Assembly (NCBI GenBank): GCA_965218435.1
Contig: CBDCKW010000004.1
Coordinates: 1-17,002, forward strand
Source: Truepera sp.
GTDB lineage: Bacteria; Deinococcota; Deinococci; Deinococcales; Trueperaceae
Direction of reading: 5' to 3'
Length of the DNA stretch: 17,002 nt
The stretch's first letter is position 1. Each line of letters opens with the position of its first letter. The notes below the pieces were generated by a model. It was not told the DNA's origin, made no database searches, and saw only the letters and a program-made list of their open reading frames with translations. A program made the translations under genes and the position numbers. Below are positions 1-7,709 of the stretch, one piece after another.

Positions 1-41
1 TAGACCGGCCCGAATTCACCGCTGTTCCAGACGTCCCGCTC
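1..41 (-). CDS. 3' exon of the intron-split PRTRC protein F-like gene (partial, runs off the window)
   Basis: After the intron end (...TTACCCGAT, last base 42) the minus strand reads GAG CGG GAC GTC TGG AAC AGC GGT GAA TTC GGG CCG GTC = ERDVWNSGEFGPV. This is in frame with the 5' exon ending ...EIYREY. Confidence 0.8.
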
Positions 42-116
42 ATCGGGTAAGGAGACGGCATCACTGCCGCCCCCTCCCCTCAGAACCGGACGTGCCTCTC
101 TCAAGGCATCCGGCTC
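42..116 (-). ncRNA. Group II intron catalytic domain V (116-83) and domain VI
   Basis: The 34-nt GAGCCGGATGCCTTGAGAGAGGCACGTCCGGTTC has the AGC triad, a GAGA tetraloop and the AC bulge. It is followed by the GGGGAGGGGGCGGCA-GTGA-TGCCGTCTCCTTACCC hairpin with a bulged A and a terminal AT. Confidence 0.95.
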
Positions 117-133
117 AAGCAGAAAATGAAGCA

Positions 134-1840
134 TCAAAGGAGTAATTCTCTCGTAGCTCGGGGAAGATTATCTTTCACCGAGCCGTGGACTTGTTGGTGA
201 CAGGTTAGATGCAGTATCCGCTGTTTTGCAAAGTCATGCCGTGCTAAATTCTTTTGGTCAGTAATCAAGTGATGACGATGCAGTGGCTCACCGTTATTCA
301 GCGAACCAAAACACACGGGGCAGATAAAGTCGTGTTGCTTAGCCACCTCATAGTGAAGACCTGAGAGACCGGAGTACTTTCGACTTCTCTTTGCCCAATA
401 GTTTTTCTGCAAGGCGTCATCGGGTGCAGCAAGGTTGAATACCAACCGATGCCGCGTGATTTTGAACCAAGCGAGCTTCGCCAGATAAGTGTTGCCGTCG
501 GGGTCGCCAAAGACCCACCGAGCTTTTCTTAAGTGATGATGCTGCCCAAAGTATTTAGCTACGCGCCAGCCAACCGATTTTGTCGGGTGTTGCCATCTTA
601 TCCACTTGACCAGCTTTTGGAAGAGCCAAGAGTCAAGCGAGGCAAACACCTTTGCTGACGAAACGGGTTGAAAATAACGCGCCCAACCACGTAAAACGGG
701 GTTGAGATGGTGGATGAGCACCTGAGCATTGTGCCCCCTTAAGCGCACAAACATCTCGGTAAGCTTTTTCTTGAACCTTGCGATTGAAGCGTTGCTGGGT
801 TTGACAAGCCCGACGACCTTTTCTGGGTTATCTCTCCGCTGATAAAGCCGGAAATTACACCCAAGAAAGTCAAAACCTCCCGTGAGATGCCTGATCTGGG
901 TTTTAGCCTCGTTGAACACGAGTCCCCGATCTGCAAACCACGTTCTCAGCTTTGTGCGAGCTTGTTCTGCTTCCTCACGAGTCTTGCAGAAAACGATAAA
1001 GTCGTCTGCATATCTCACGAGACCATAGCGGTTCTTACTGGATGTCTGACCATTGGCATAACGAGCAATACCAAGGGTCGTTTCCATGCCGTGAAACGCT
1101 ATGTTAGCCAGCAAGGGACTAATAACACCTCCCTGCGGAGTACCCGCAGGCGTATCGTGCTTGACGGTACCGTCCATGAAGCCTGCCTTTAGCCACTGTT
1201 TAATCAGTTCCTTGGCGGGAAACTGACCGATGGCCTGCAACAGGTGGGTATGGTCGATATTGTCAAATGCCCCTTGGATGTCTGCATCCAGTATCCACTG
1301 CTTAGTAGCGCGTGCCCTGCAATAGCTATAGGTCATACTCAGGGCGTCGTGGGTACTTCGCCCTGGTCTAAAACCGTAGCTACTTGGCTCAAAGCGAGCC
1401 TCCCACTCAGGTTCCAACGCATTTTTGACGCGTGCTTGATGAGCCCGGTCGCCAATGGTTGGTATCCCAAGCGGGCGTTTAGCACCACTTTGCTTCGGGA
1501 TATAAATCCTGCGCGCAGGTTTGACATGCCAAGGTTGGGACTCTAGCAATTTGTCTACTAGAGCGGCCTTGGCTTTCGAGGTTAAGGCAACCTCTTTATC
1601 CACCCCTGCGGTTTTTCCACCCGCATTGTCCACAGTGACGCGACGGACGCTAACAACAGTGTTGGCGTAACTCCGTAGCATCAGCTTTTGGAGAGAACGA
1701 ACCTTTTTAAGGTTCCCTTCCTTTGATGCCCTAAAGATTCTCTGTCTCAAGTTGCGTACCTGCCGATTGGCGCTACGCCAGTCAATGACCTGCCAATCGG
1801 TCGGGCTTTTGGTTCCGTTTGCTAAGCTTGGCGCTTGCAT
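134..1840 (-). CDS. ltrA: Group II intron-encoded reverse transcriptase/maturase with C-terminal HNH endonuclease
   Basis: RT motifs RPLGIPT, YGFRPGRS, GTPQGGVISPLLAN, YADD and GFDFLG; maturase-X motif LNPVLRGWARYF; C-terminal CPVC...HRHH...LHLTCHQQVH. Uninterrupted 568 aa. Confidence 0.97.
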   Translation of the reverse strand: MQAPSLANGTKSPTDWQVIDWRSANRQVRNLRQRIFRASKEGNLKKVRSLQKLMLRSYANTVVSVRRVTVDNAGGKTAGVDKEVALTSKAKAALVDKLLESQPWHVKPARRIYIPKQSGAKRPLGIPTIGDRAHQARVKNALEPEWEARFEPSSYGFRPGRSTHDALSMTYSYCRARATKQWILDADIQGAFDNIDHTHLLQAIGQFPAKELIKQWLKAGFMDGTVKHDTPAGTPQGGVISPLLANIAFHGMETTLGIARYANGQTSSKNRYGLVRYADDFIVFCKTREEAEQARTKLRTWFADRGLVFNEAKTQIRHLTGGFDFLGCNFRLYQRRDNPEKVVGLVKPSNASIARFKKKLTEMFVRLRGHNAQVLIHHLNPVLRGWARYFQPVSSAKVFASLDSWLFQKLVKWIRWQHPTKSVGWRVAKYFGQHHHLRKARWVFGDPDGNTYLAKLAWFKITRHRLVFNLAAPDDALQKNYWAKRSRKYSGLSGLHYEVAKQHDFICPVCFGSLNNGEPLHRHHLITDQKNLARHDFAKQRILHLTCHQQVHGSVKDNLPRATRELLL

Positions 1841-2450
1841 CTAACTTGCACCTCAATTCGCAACTTTCACGTTGGTCTTTAGGATTTCCACCAGTCCCGC
1901 GTCAGCTCCCTTTCAGGATGGGTATGCCCGTCATACGGCCCTATCCGGTGGGTTATGAATTCCCCGTGCCTTTCGGCTACCGGCTTTCGCTTTTCGGGAC
2001 TTCTTGTTCCCGCTGGAGGGTTGTGCCTCGCTTGCGCTTGGCCTACCACTTGTGTGGACTCCATCGGGGTTTCCACGTTCCGCACGTAAGAGATGTGATC
2101 GGTTGCGGATGCCTTTTGTACCCCGGGTTCTTGGTGCCCTTGCATGAGCGCTATGCACCCATGACGCCGCGCAGCTTGAACACAGAGCTACGCCTTGAAC
2201 CATGATCGTTTTGCTGTCGTCCAGCGATCTTTCTACCTTACGAGGCTTACAAAGGTTCACTTTCGTTCATCCTTCCGATCTTCTCCTTGCCTGTGGCCTT
2301 TTGACGACTAACGGCTCTTGGGCTTTCATTCGGGCTTCGCACCCTGTCGTTACCAACAACGCACGCCGAATGTGGAGATAGGCTTCAGGCACTCGCCTAG
2401 TTCAACCCTATGAGGGTTGAACACTCTTACTGTGCGACTTCGTGTCGCAC

Positions 2451-3470
2451 GTACTCCCGGTAGATTTCAGCGACCAGATCGCGGTTCTGTTCACCCGGCA
2501 GGCCGACGACGATCCCATAAGGCTGGTAGTGCTCGATCTGCTCATACAGGCTTGCCGAACGTTCCGGCAACGCCTCTGCAAGCATCCTCAGCTCACCGAG
2601 CAACTCAACCACTCGGGTGAGATTGGGATAGCCGTGAGACCGGCACAGCTTCCCGCACTGGTCGAGCGAAAGCCCGCCGGGTTGCTGATAACGGGGCTCG
2701 AGCAACCCGTTGACGGTGTTGGGGGTGAAGTAGTGCTGGTCGGCGTAGGTCTCAACCTCTTCGTGGCTGAGACTCGCTTCAGTCACCCGCCGAGCGTGGG
2801 CGAGATCGCTTCTCGCCAGCTCGAGCAGATACTCGGCCTCTTCCCAACCCTCCCAGTAAGACATCTCGACATAGGCGCGGCAGGCTTCAGGGGTAAACGC
2901 GGGCAGCAGCGACGTGGCGGCGTCGAGATGACCTAGCAGCGACGGCCCCAGCGCCTCGTGCGCGCGGTCACACACGCGTGCGGGTTGTGAAAAGTCGAGG
3001 TAGTCGCCGCCGCTAAGCGTGATGAGGAAGTAGAGCTGATCGAACGCTGTAGCCAGGCTGTAGTCCAGCGAAAAACGCTTCATTCCCGTGGGTACCCACC
3101 TACGCCCCAAGCTCCGGGCAACGAACGACGCCGGGTCGTGTCCCTCTACGAAGTCATCTTCGTCGATGATTCCAGCCTCGAGGAGTTTCAGGGCGAGCCG
3201 CGCGCCCTCGCCGACGTCGGTATGAACGGGGTAGCTCGTGGGGATTCCGGGCAGCCGGGGCAGGCTCAGTCCAGCAGTAGCAGGCAAGATGAGGGGAGAA
3301 ACAGCGGCGACTTGTTCAGCGTGTAGCTGGTGGTCGCTTGCTCCAGCACCCGCGCCACCGCGAGCGCCTGATCGTCCTTGAGATACGCGCTCACCAGGGG
3401 TGCGTTGCCGTCTTCTTTGCCGTGGGCGAGAGCTTCGAGATGCTTGTGTAGCGCCGCTTTGTCCATCCAT
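2451..3470 (-). CDS. PRTRC system protein F-like, 5' exon (true start uncertain)
   Basis: Motifs LSLPRLPGIP, LLEAGIIDEDD and ALGPSLLGHL...PAFTP...YWEG resemble PRTRC F, and the gene lies downstream of PRTRC E and C. The ORF-track tail VRHEVAQ* is intron sequence. Confidence 0.72.
3266..3466 (-). CDS. Small 66-aa hypothetical protein overlapping the PRTRC F frame
   Basis: AGGAGG lies 8 nt before this ATG. The sequence is helical and protein-like (MDKAALHKHLEALAHG...PLFLPSSCLLLLD), whereas the F frame over the same bases is low-complexity. Confidence 0.6.
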   Translation of the reverse strand: MDKAALHKHLEALAHGKEDGNAPLVSAYLKDDQALAVARVLEQATTSYTLNKSPLFLPSSCLLLLD

Positions 3471-3492
3471 AGAACCTCCTAACAAAAGAGAT

Positions 3493-3512
3493 GCACCCTC
3501 AATAGAGGGTGC
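3493..3512. repeat. Leader hairpin upstream of RBS (family copy 1)
   Basis: GCACCCTC-AATA-GAGGGTGC, about 12 nt from the AGGAGG of the 3466/3470 starts. Confidence 0.7.
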
Positions 3513-3542
3513 GCTATTTGCTGAGTTTGAGCGTATGACCCG

Positions 3543-4004
3543 CTAGCGCCTCTTTCTTCGGACGTGGCGAGCGTGGTCTTCGCAAAAGGTCATGCCTTGC
3601 TCGAGCAGCGCTTCGTAGGCAGCCTGCACCTGGTTACGAATGTCTTCATGGGACATGTCCAGGAGCGAGTAGCGGTTCGTCGTGACGGTGCTCCTGAAGG
3701 TGTAGCCTTTGGCGCTGTAAACGATCTCGAGCTGGACACCAGCCTTTTCAAAGGTGGCGAGCATCTGGCCCTCGATCTCCATGTCGGCTGTCGTGTAGAC
3801 CTCTTCGAGTTCGCCCGGAATACAGACCAGCACGTCGCCGTCTTCGCTTTCGAGCGTACAGAGGGTCGCGGTGCTCTCTTGAGCGCCCGTTACAATAGTG
3901 CCCGATTCGACAGCAGTGCAGAGCCCGACAAACCCCCTGTCATCTCGGTTCTCGGCGAGTAGGGGTAGACGTACCACATAAGTTTTGCCGATCTCAATAG
4001 GCAT
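3543..4004 (-). CDS. Hypothetical protein, 153 aa
   Basis: ATG start, co-oriented with its neighbours, fills the gap between vapC and the F region. The beta-rich N-half (IEIGKTYVV...ELEEV) is loosely SH3-like. Confidence 0.7.
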   Translation of the reverse strand: MPIEIGKTYVVRLPLLAENRDDRGFVGLCTAVESGTIVTGAQESTATLCTLESEDGDVLVCIPGELEEVYTTADMEIEGQMLATFEKAGVQLEIVYSAKGYTFRSTVTTNRYSLLDMSHEDIRNQVQAAYEALLEQGMTFCEDHARHVRRKRR

Positions 4005-4070
4005 TTGTCAGTTTTCCGGCCTCTAGGAGCACGGTCTCTCCAGCTAACGCCTTCATGGTTGTCTCGCTCC

Positions 4071-4463
4071 TTACCACACCACCTCAACCTCGTAAGCCTC
4101 GAAAACACCGTCACTCGAGATCAAGGGGAGCCGCTCGAGCCTCGCCTGGGCAATGAGCATCCGGTCGAACGGGTCGCGGTGGTGCCGTGGCAACGCACCC
4201 GCTGCTAGCGCGTGCTCGGGGGTGATGCTGAGTACGTCCGCCTGTAGGCGCTCGAGGTGTCCCGAAAAGTTTTCGATAACTGCCTCGGCTCCACTGAGCT
4301 TGCCCAGATGGTACTTGATGCTCACTTCCCAGGCACTTGCGCTGCTGATCACGAGACGCGTGTCGGAATCTTTGATGAGGGCCAGGGCTTTGGGGCTCAA
4401 CTTGCCTGGTTCCATTAGCGACCAGAGTAGCGCGTTCGTGTCGAGTAAGAACCCTAGCCCCAC
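4071..4463 (-). CDS. vapC: PIN-domain VapC family toxin
   Basis: LLDTNALLW, SSASAWEVSIKY.LGKL and HHRDPFDRMLIAQA motifs; overlaps the antitoxin stop. Confidence 0.95.
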   Translation of the reverse strand: MGLGFLLDTNALLWSLMEPGKLSPKALALIKDSDTRLVISSASAWEVSIKYHLGKLSGAEAVIENFSGHLERLQADVLSITPEHALAAGALPRHHRDPFDRMLIAQARLERLPLISSDGVFEAYEVEVVW

Positions 4464-4675
4464 GTGTCCAGTTCGTCGCCGGGGAGCGGCTCGAAAAAGC
4501 TCTCAGGTACGCTGCCCTCGACAAACCCCAGCTCGCGTTCGTGACCTGAAAGCGGTACCAGCCGCGCGTAGGGCTTGCCGCTTTTGGCAATGATGATTTC
4601 CTCTCCCGCCTTAACCCGTTCTAGCAGGCGGGAGAGGTGCGTTTTCGCCTCGTGAATGTTGACCATCTCTGCCAT
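4454..4675 (-). CDS. Phd/YefM family antitoxin
   Basis: VNIHEAKTHLSRLLERVKAGEEIIIAKSGKPYARLVP signature and an acidic C-terminus; lies directly upstream of the PIN toxin. Confidence 0.95.
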   Translation of the reverse strand: MAEMVNIHEAKTHLSRLLERVKAGEEIIIAKSGKPYARLVPLSGHERELGFVEGSVPESFFEPLPGDELDTWG

Positions 4676-4684
4676 AACGCTCCC

Positions 4685-4702
4685 AACTTAGTCAAGTTAG
4701 TC
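4685..4702. promoter_or_regulatory. Probable toxin-antitoxin operator
   Basis: AACTT-AGTC-AAGTT inverted repeat plus two TTAGTC direct repeats (4688-4693, 4697-4702) just upstream of the antitoxin RBS. Confidence 0.5.
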
Positions 4703-5085
4703 TAGCAGGTCAGGTGCGCCTCGATGAGCGTTACGGCATCTTGGTCCTGACGACTTACGGAGGCCCACAGTGCCCAGAGCAGGTCTAAGCGCGAAGCCGC
4801 CATCACGACGATAGCTGAACCCCGTGTGTGTCGCCTACAGGTCGCGTCGCCGTGCCAGCGGTTGTGGTTCGGGCACTCGGCTTCGACGTCATAGTCCCGA
4901 CGCTCGAGTGCAACCAGCAGCAGCGCCTCGTCATGCGAGAGCTTCCTGGGTTTGCCGAGCTGGTGCGGTTCACACGCTCGTTTGCGGGCGTAGAGCTGAT
5001 AGAGCCGCCTCACCTCGGCCTGGCGCGCCTCTTCGCGCCCTCTCAGGATGGTGGCGGCTCTCTCCAGGGTGTCGGCGTCGCTCAC
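4702..5085 (-). CDS. Hypothetical 127-aa protein translationally coupled to PRTRC C
   Basis: GTG at 5085 overlaps the TGA of protein C (GTGA). Translates MSDADTLERAATILRG...ECPNHNRWHGDATCRRH...LIEAHLTC. Confidence 0.65.
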   Translation of the reverse strand: MSDADTLERAATILRGREEARQAEVRRLYQLYARKRACEPHQLGKPRKLSHDEALLLVALERRDYDVEAECPNHNRWHGDATCRRHTRGSAIVVMAASRLDLLWALWASVSRQDQDAVTLIEAHLTC

Positions 5086-5288
5086 CCCTTGGTGCCGACC
5101 TGCCTCGCCAGGGTGTAGACCTGCTGACCGTTCTTGAGTTCCGGGCCTTCGACGGCTGCCGAGGCCAGCTCGGGGTAGGTCGTGGCGTACACGTCCTTGA
5201 CCTGCACCGGGGACAGCTTCGGGTTGGGATCGGGAAAAATGCGTTTGTTGAACCTGAAGCTGCGGGTAATGGGTCTTGTCTCGAGCAT
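5082..5288 (-). CDS. PRTRC system protein C (prokaryotic ubiquitin-like, Prok_Ub)
   Basis: R.F.F...PDPNP.LSP.QVKDVYA..YPEL..A.VEGP and C-terminal VGTKG; AGGAGGAG RBS; follows protein E. Confidence 0.93.
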   Translation of the reverse strand: MLETRPITRSFRFNKRIFPDPNPKLSPVQVKDVYATTYPELASAAVEGPELKNGQQVYTLARQVGTKG

Positions 5289-5296
5289 AGCTCCTC

Positions 5297-6142
5297 CTAA
5301 AAGAGTGCTTCCTGGCTTTTCTCGGCCCTGGCTTTCTCCTCGGCCTTCTTCTCCTCGGCTTTAGCTTCCTCCTCTTTTTTCTGCGTCGCCTTCTTCTTCG
5401 CTTCGGTCTGCTTTTGCTTCGCGGCGGCCTCCGCCTTCTTCGCCTCTTCAAGTGCTTTGTCGGCGGCGGCGAGGGCTTCGATCTGGGCCTCGAGGCTTTT
5501 TTTGGAGTCGGCTTTAACGCTGAGAGCGGAGACGAAGTGGGTGTCGAGTTCGGTTACTGTCCCTGTAAGGCACACCGGGGAGAAGGCGTCTTCCTCGCCT
5601 TGCGGCACCACGGTAACGGTCAACACCAGCTGTCCGTCAGCCTCGCCTGTGGGTGCGACCGTCATCAGCAGGGTGCTATCGCCGAGCAGGTCAGATAGGG
5701 CGGTGAATAAGCCCGGTGTGATTTCAACCGCCGCTTCAGCTGCATTCTCGGTGGTCTCCGGCAGAGAGGGGTGGTTAGCGGTTAAGGTTTCCGCCGCTTC
5801 AGGTGTCTGGGCGGGCTCAGGGGCTTCCGGGGGCACTTCGGGCGCTGCCTGCGCCTGTTGCTGCGCTTCACTGGGGCGCTGCGGCTGAGGGTCGAAGGAT
5901 TTGGCAACGTTCAGCTCGAAAGCGTCGGTTTTCCCCGTCCAGCAGTAGACGGTCAGATTCCCTTCAGAACGGGTCTTTACCTCGGTAGCGATGAGGTTGC
6001 CCAAAGCTTGTGCGCCGGTCCCGGCCTCGAGGTCGGGTTTGATCTGTTCAAATGGCGCGATGAGGTCGGGGCGGCTGTCCCTGAACTTTGCCACCACCTT
6101 CTCTAAGGTGAGCTGCACGGGTTTTTGCGCGGTCTGGGTCAC
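5297..6142 (-). CDS. PRTRC system protein E with extra N-terminal domain (281 aa)
   Basis: E core LFTALSDLL...LTVTVVP...PVCLTGTVTELDTHFVSAL...SLEAQI, then a K/A/E-rich tail ending QEALF. GGAGGAG RBS lies 5 nt before GTG at 6142. Confidence 0.85.
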   Translation of the reverse strand: MTQTAQKPVQLTLEKVVAKFRDSRPDLIAPFEQIKPDLEAGTGAQALGNLIATEVKTRSEGNLTVYCWTGKTDAFELNVAKSFDPQPQRPSEAQQQAQAAPEVPPEAPEPAQTPEAAETLTANHPSLPETTENAAEAAVEITPGLFTALSDLLGDSTLLMTVAPTGEADGQLVLTVTVVPQGEEDAFSPVCLTGTVTELDTHFVSALSVKADSKKSLEAQIEALAAADKALEEAKKAEAAAKQKQTEAKKKATQKKEEEAKAEEKKAEEKARAEKSQEALF

Positions 6143-6165
6143 GGTAACTCCTCCACAGCACGGGT

Positions 6166-6186
6166 GCGCCCCGAAAGGCGGGGCGC
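6166..6186. repeat. Leader hairpin upstream of RBS (family copy 2)
   Basis: GCGCCCCG-AAAGG-CGGGGCGC, about 11 nt from the protein E RBS. Confidence 0.7.
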
Positions 6187-6191
6187 GTCTT

Positions 6192-6428
6192 TTAGAACTC
6201 GGGGCGGGTGTTGGCGTAGAGCTGAGCCTCGAGCTTGCCGACCTCTTGCCAGTAATTTCTCTGAAGCGCGTGGAGGTCTCGTTCGACCTCTTTGGCACGG
6301 GCGTAAAGCGCGATTTTCTCGTCCAGCGTCTCGGCACGGTTCGCTCTTGCGCGTGTTTGGCCCAGCCGGACCTTGAGGCCGTGGACGCACCTGTCGATCT
6401 GCTCCCTGGCTTCGAGTTCGATAATCAT
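6192..6428 (-). CDS. Small helical/coiled-coil hypothetical protein, 78 aa
   Basis: ATGA overlap with the upstream gene; heptad-like pattern (TLDEKIALYARAKEVERDLHALQRNYW). Confidence 0.7.
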   Translation of the reverse strand: MIIELEAREQIDRCVHGLKVRLGQTRARANRAETLDEKIALYARAKEVERDLHALQRNYWQEVGKLEAQLYANTRPEF

Positions 6429-6901
6429 GGATCGACCACGAGAGTTGGACGAATCCCATACGGCTTCCTCGCCCGACTGCCGGTCCCATAGGCGTCGTTG
6501 CGGATGCGGTCGACGATAGCCGCGCCCAGGAGCGCCGGGTCCTGCTCGAACAGCTCAGCCCAACCCGGGGTGCGTTCCAGACCGAGGGAGAGCAGCTGCA
6601 AGGCGAGCTCGGTGCGGGACTCGAGGGTGACGATGACGGCTTTCTCAAAACCTACCGGCATCACCGCGAAGCAGTGTCCGGTCTCGTCGAGAACAAAATC
6701 GCCGACCGACATCGACGTGTGGCGTGCTACAGCGAAGGCGACACGCGCACGCCGCGTTTCGGTCATCACCTCGGCCTGGAACTGGGCGAACACCGTCTCC
6801 AGATCGTCCGCCGTGGTGGTGTCGGTCAAGACGTGAGAGTCGGGCTTCATGAGTTGCGGTTGGCCTGTAAACTCGCGCTGGTACAGAGCGAAGTAACGCA
6901 T
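6425..6901 (-). CDS. YodL-like domain protein
   Basis: LETVFAQFQ...HTSMSVGDFV...CFAVMPVGF resembles the YodL-like S[LM]SV[SG]D...V..xGF pattern. AAGGAGG precedes the ATG at 6901. Confidence 0.7.
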   Translation of the reverse strand: MRYFALYQREFTGQPQLMKPDSHVLTDTTTADDLETVFAQFQAEVMTETRRARVAFAVARHTSMSVGDFVLDETGHCFAVMPVGFEKAVIVTLESRTELALQLLSLGLERTPGWAELFEQDPALLGAAIVDRIRNDAYGTGSRARKPYGIRPTLVVDP

Positions 6902-6927
6902 ACGCACCTCCTTTCGTCCACGAAAAT

Positions 6928-6945
6928 GCGCTCCCGAAGGAGCGC
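6928..6945. repeat. Leader hairpin upstream of RBS (family copy 3)
   Basis: GCGCTCC-CGAA-GGAGCGC (UUCG loop on the mRNA), about 15 nt from AAGGAGG. Confidence 0.7.
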
Positions 6946-6971
6946 GGTCTTAACAGCTCGAACGCTGTAAG

Positions 6972-7289
6972 CTATCTGTCGGGGCCATGCAACAGCGTGA
7001 GCAGCATGGTCGCCTCTTGCACCCGGAGGCTGGCGATGTCGAGCTCGAGCCGCGCTTCTCGCAAGGTTTTATCAGCCTGGGCAACGCCTTCGCGCTCAGT
7101 TGTGGTTTTGGCGATTAGATCAGCTGTTCGCTGCTTTTCGTTCGAGCCTTCTAAACCCTCGAGCGTGTAGTGGTTGGTGAGGGTCTCGAGGTCGCTTTTA
7201 GCCGTGATTGATTCTTCGTAGGCAGCGGCTACGGCTCGCAGGGCGTTCTCTTTGCGGTCGATGCGGGCAGTGATATCGGTTTCGTTCAT
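6972..7289 (-). CDS. Coiled-coil hypothetical protein, 105 aa
   Basis: AAGGAG RBS and ATGA coupling; two long helices around LEGSNEKQRTA. Confidence 0.8.
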   Translation of the reverse strand: MNETDITARIDRKENALRAVAAAYEESITAKSDLETLTNHYTLEGLEGSNEKQRTADLIAKTTTEREGVAQADKTLREARLELDIASLRVQEATMLLTLLHGPDR

Positions 7290-7447
7290 GGAGTCTCCTT
7301 AGCCAGCTCGACCTCGAGCACGGGACCGTCCGACTGTTCCCAATCGAATTCTGGCAACGCCTTGGCTTGCTCCCGGGCGTCGTCTTCGGAGTCGGCCTCG
7401 AGCAGGTAGTGGTAGGTCTCCGCTTTACGAACGAGATAGTTCGGCAC
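7286..7447 (-). CDS. Small acidic protein, 53 aa (not in the ORF track)
   Basis: AAGGGAG then GTG at 7447; MPNYLVRKAETYHYLLEADSEDDAREQAKALPEFDWEQSDGPVLEVELAKETP*; its stop overlaps the next ATG. Confidence 0.7.
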   Translation of the reverse strand: MPNYLVRKAETYHYLLEADSEDDAREQAKALPEFDWEQSDGPVLEVELAKETP

Positions 7448-7709
7448 CGTGCTCCCTTCTGTTCAATGCACCTTTCCCGGCCTCGCGGTTGCTGCGGGCG
7501 AGTTCGGTGCGGTAGTTCGTGATCCCGGTTTCTCCAGGATAAAAGGGTGTTCCGCAGGGTTGGGGCAAACAACCGACGTAGCCGGTCATACTGAAATGCA
7601 CCTCTCCTACGACGCTTCCGTTCAGGAGCACGTCGTAGTCGAGTCGTCGCCAGGGTACTTTAGGTCTGGCGCGCAGGGCGAGCTTGAAGGGTTGGGTAGC
7701 TGCGGACAT
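7425..7709 (-). CDS. Hypothetical protein, 94 aa
   Basis: AAGGAG RBS 5 nt before ATG; YDVLLNGSVVGEVHF beta pattern. Confidence 0.7.
   Translation of the reverse strand: MSAATQPFKLALRARPKVPWRRLDYDVLLNGSVVGEVHFSMTGYVGCLPQPCGTPFYPGETGITNYRTELARSNREAGKGALNRREHGAELSRS

Larger units (their letters stand above)
42..2450 (-). mobile_element. Complete group II intron (IIB-type, probably chloroplast-like class), 2409 nt
   Basis: Starts GTGCGACACG at 2450 (GUGYG consensus) and ends ...ACCCGAT at 42. It has domains V/VI, an RT-maturase-HNH ORF and EBS1/EBS2 matching the 5' exon. GC is lower than in the flanks. Confidence 0.95.

Noticed and set aside
134..1840. RT as a retron, DGR or defence-associated RT
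   Set aside because: It has maturase and HNH domains and sits inside a full intron RNA with domains V/VI, so it is an ordinary group II intron protein.
1819..2260. ORFs 1819-2205, 1879-2145 and 1931-2260
   Set aside because: They lie in the structured intron RNA upstream of the RT ORF and show no protein-like features.
2401..2450. Perfect inverted repeats GTGCGAC/GTCGCAC and TTCAACCCT/AGGGTTGAA as transposon ends or a second intron start
   Set aside because: Explained as stems at the 5' end of intron domain I; there is no transposase and no second domain V.
5310..5450. Repetitive CTT/GCC-rich tract as a DNA repeat array
   Set aside because: It simply encodes the Lys/Glu/Ala-rich helical tail of protein E.
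5086..5451. Arg/Lys-rich N-terminus of the 249-aa ORF 4702-5451
   Set aside because: Shadow frame of the PRTRC E tail and protein C; the plausible start is GTG 5085.
6143..6337. N-terminal extension of the 346-aa ORF
   Set aside because: It overlaps the 78-aa gene and a hairpin; the RBS supports GTG 6142.
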